This document shows, in pieces, positions 57,558 to 59,244 of a stretch of 59,244 nt of DNA. Source of the stretch: Lentisphaerota bacterium (GTDB lineage: Bacteria > Verrucomicrobiota > Kiritimatiellia > UBA8416 > JABMPJ01); assembly GCA_013203785.1 (NCBI GenBank), contig JABMPJ010000210.1, forward strand, positions 1 through 59,244, in the 5' to 3' direction. Position 1 is the stretch's first letter. Every line of letters starts with the position of its first letter. The position numbers and the translations under genes were made by a program. The notes beneath the pieces were generated by a model, which was not told where the DNA came from, did not search any database, and saw only the letters and a list, made by a program, of their open reading frames with translations.

Positions 57558-57590
57558 TCGCCTTCTGAAGAAGTATCCTTAATTTCCCCT

Positions 57591-57620
57591 CCATCAACCA
57601 ACAACTATTAACCATTAACC
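57591..57620. repeat. Heptamer array (CCATTAA-like)
   Basis: ccatcaa ccaacaa ctattaa ccattaa cc; a second array ccatcta ctattga ccaataa ccattaa cc lies at 57859-57888. Confidence 0.6.
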
Positions 57621-57882
57621 GCTCGCGAAGCGAGCTCTCCCCGATAAACCAGTAACCATCGTGGGCGGTTGATTTCCTCAAGTAGCCCCGGCTTCTCCGA
57701 AGCCTAGGGCCGTGCAAGGTGTGTGCCCGTACAGTGCATTTACAGCCCTCGGCCTTTTCATCCGCGACCTGTTTGCTTTCCTTGCGCGGCGCTGGGGCTG
57801 GGACAGCCCCGCGCTACTTAAAGCCGTAGCATACCCACAACGCTTGAGCAAATCAGCCCCATCTACTATTGACCAATAACCA

Positions 57883-58980
57883 TTAACCGCGGCGGCAGGC
57901 AGCTGCCACCACTTGCAGAGTCTTTTTAGCACACGCCTCCCAGGTGATCGGCTCTATTAAAAGCACCGTCGGGGTCAAGCGCTCCATGATTCCTTCCAGG
58001 GCGCGCTCCTCACTGAAATCAATTTGGTTCTGCCGGGGCACTCCGAGCTCGTCGAAGATGGGCAAGTTCGAGCAGAAGATCGGTTTGCCATAGCGGACGG
58101 CTTCGAGCACCGGCATGCCAAACCCCTCGAAGCGGGTCGGAAAGAGAACGGCCTCGGCCCCCCGGTAGAGCGCGATCACTTCGCTGTACGAGACAAACCC
58201 CATGTGGTACACCTCGCCCTCCAGACCCAGGTGCCGAATCTGCCGGGCGAGCCGCTTCCATAGCGGGGTCTGCATACCAGAAAATACCAACTTTACAGCA
58301 CTGCCACTCGACGCTTTAAGATGAGCGAAACAGCGCAGCAAATCCGCATGCCCCTTGTGGGGGAAGGTTGCTGCCGGGTAGTAGAAGTAGGGGGCATCCA
58401 CCAGCCGTTGCCCCGTCGTGCTTGGCGGTTCAGTGCCATGCCCGTCAAATCCCATATGAACCACATCAATCTTGTCGGGTGCCACCCCACAGGTCTCAAC
58501 CAGATCAGTCTTCGTGACGTCCGATATGGCGATGATCTTGGTGCTACGCCGGAGGCTGGGAGGGTAGATTGCCCGCCGAAAGCAGCGGTCAAACAGCGCA
58601 TAGTGCTCGGGATGATGCCGATGTTGCAGATCCACCACGGTCAGCACGGCGGGTGTTTTGATCTCAAGGGGAAATATGGACTGCTGAGGAAAGAAGACCA
58701 CATCATAGCCCGCTGTATCAATCTCCTTTGCGATACGTCGTGCCCGCCATGGCGTGAAAGCCTCCAGACAGCGAGCGGCGATCGCGCCGCGGGACGACAG
58801 CGCCATAGTCTGTCGCCCGGCATCTTCGGGCAGTAGCGCTGCCACCTCCGGCCCCGCAATGAAAGAGAGCTCGTGTCCCCACTGCGCTCCCGCGAAGTGC
58901 TCGACCAGCTTCTCAATATAGGTCTCAATTCCCCCGACGCTGCCGGGACGATAATTGAGGAGTGAGATGCCGATCTTCAT
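57883..58980 (-). CDS. GT4 family glycosyltransferase (MtfB/WbdA-like)
   Basis: GGIETY, TVVDLQH...P, YYPAATFPHKGH, FPTRFEGFGMPVLEA; start ATG 58980. Confidence 0.88.
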   Translation of the reverse strand: MKIGISLLNYRPGSVGGIETYIEKLVEHFAGAQWGHELSFIAGPEVAALLPEDAGRQTMALSSRGAIAARCLEAFTPWRARRIAKEIDTAGYDVVFFPQQSIFPLEIKTPAVLTVVDLQHRHHPEHYALFDRCFRRAIYPPSLRRSTKIIAISDVTKTDLVETCGVAPDKIDVVHMGFDGHGTEPPSTTGQRLVDAPYFYYPAATFPHKGHADLLRCFAHLKASSGSAVKLVFSGMQTPLWKRLARQIRHLGLEGEVYHMGFVSYSEVIALYRGAEAVLFPTRFEGFGMPVLEAVRYGKPIFCSNLPIFDELGVPRQNQIDFSEERALEGIMERLTPTVLLIEPITWEACAKKTLQVVAAACRRG

Positions 58981-59244
58981 ATCAGGTCCGCCGTGGCGGA
59001 TGAAGAGAGCGTGACCGCCCGGCAACGGGCGGCCGGCAGCGTCATCAGCAGAGGTGTATAGGGCACAAATCGCGACCAATGAAGCATGCGAGGACCCTAA
59101 CCTGCGTGCCGTGGAGTGTAAACTCCGAAGTCTAAGGGCGGAGGACGGTGCCACGGGTGTGCGTTGTTTCTAAATGACGCAAGCATAGGTGATTAGACAA
59201 TATCCGAGGTCTCAAGACATGCCGAACGTGGTGTAGCGTTGGCC

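Noticed and set aside
1-59244. rRNA, tRNA, autonomous IS, prophage, ops/JUMPstart site, classical intrinsic terminators
   Set aside because: None recognised by eye; the intergenic hairpins lack clear U-tracts. A tool-based scan could still find some.

Overview
About 59 kb of bacterial DNA. The gene content loosely suggests a PVC-superphylum organism such as Kiritimatiellia/Lentisphaeria, but this is an unverified impression. The window has three blocks. (1) 68-28154 is a mostly + strand exopolysaccharide/glycan locus: two secreted beta-helix paralogues, a MaoC-SDR/FkbH/ACP acyl-supply module, GT2/GT4 transferases, an XrtA-type deacetylase, an O-antigen ligase/polymerase, a GbsR-like regulator, a methyltransferase-kinase fusion, Wzx, a CapK-like ligase and AsnB. 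(2) 28364-41345 holds a ~3370-aa secreted LamG/Ig-like/coiled-coil protein, a GxxExxY PD-(D/E)xK nuclease-fold gene and a TMTC-like membrane TPR glycosyltransferase. (3) 41716-58980 is a - strand CDP-sugar/O-antigen-type locus with one + strand rfbD. The most unusual signal is non-coding: a layered set of repeats. Family A is seven palindromic elements with (CGCAGAT-N2-3)x3 arms; two near-identical pairs bracket the GxxExxY gene and rfbD as direct repeats. Module H is a 54-56 bp GG-AATA-CC hairpin with compensatory substitutions. Family B is a 30/33-bp CTTG-capped hairpin inserted precisely, often in frame inside glycosyltransferase genes. Family C is degenerate heptamer arrays. No transposase, integrase or RAYT gene is in the window, so GxxExxY is the only local candidate enzyme (inference). 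I saw no rRNA, tRNA or CRISPR array. All assignments are from motif recognition by eye, with no database searches.
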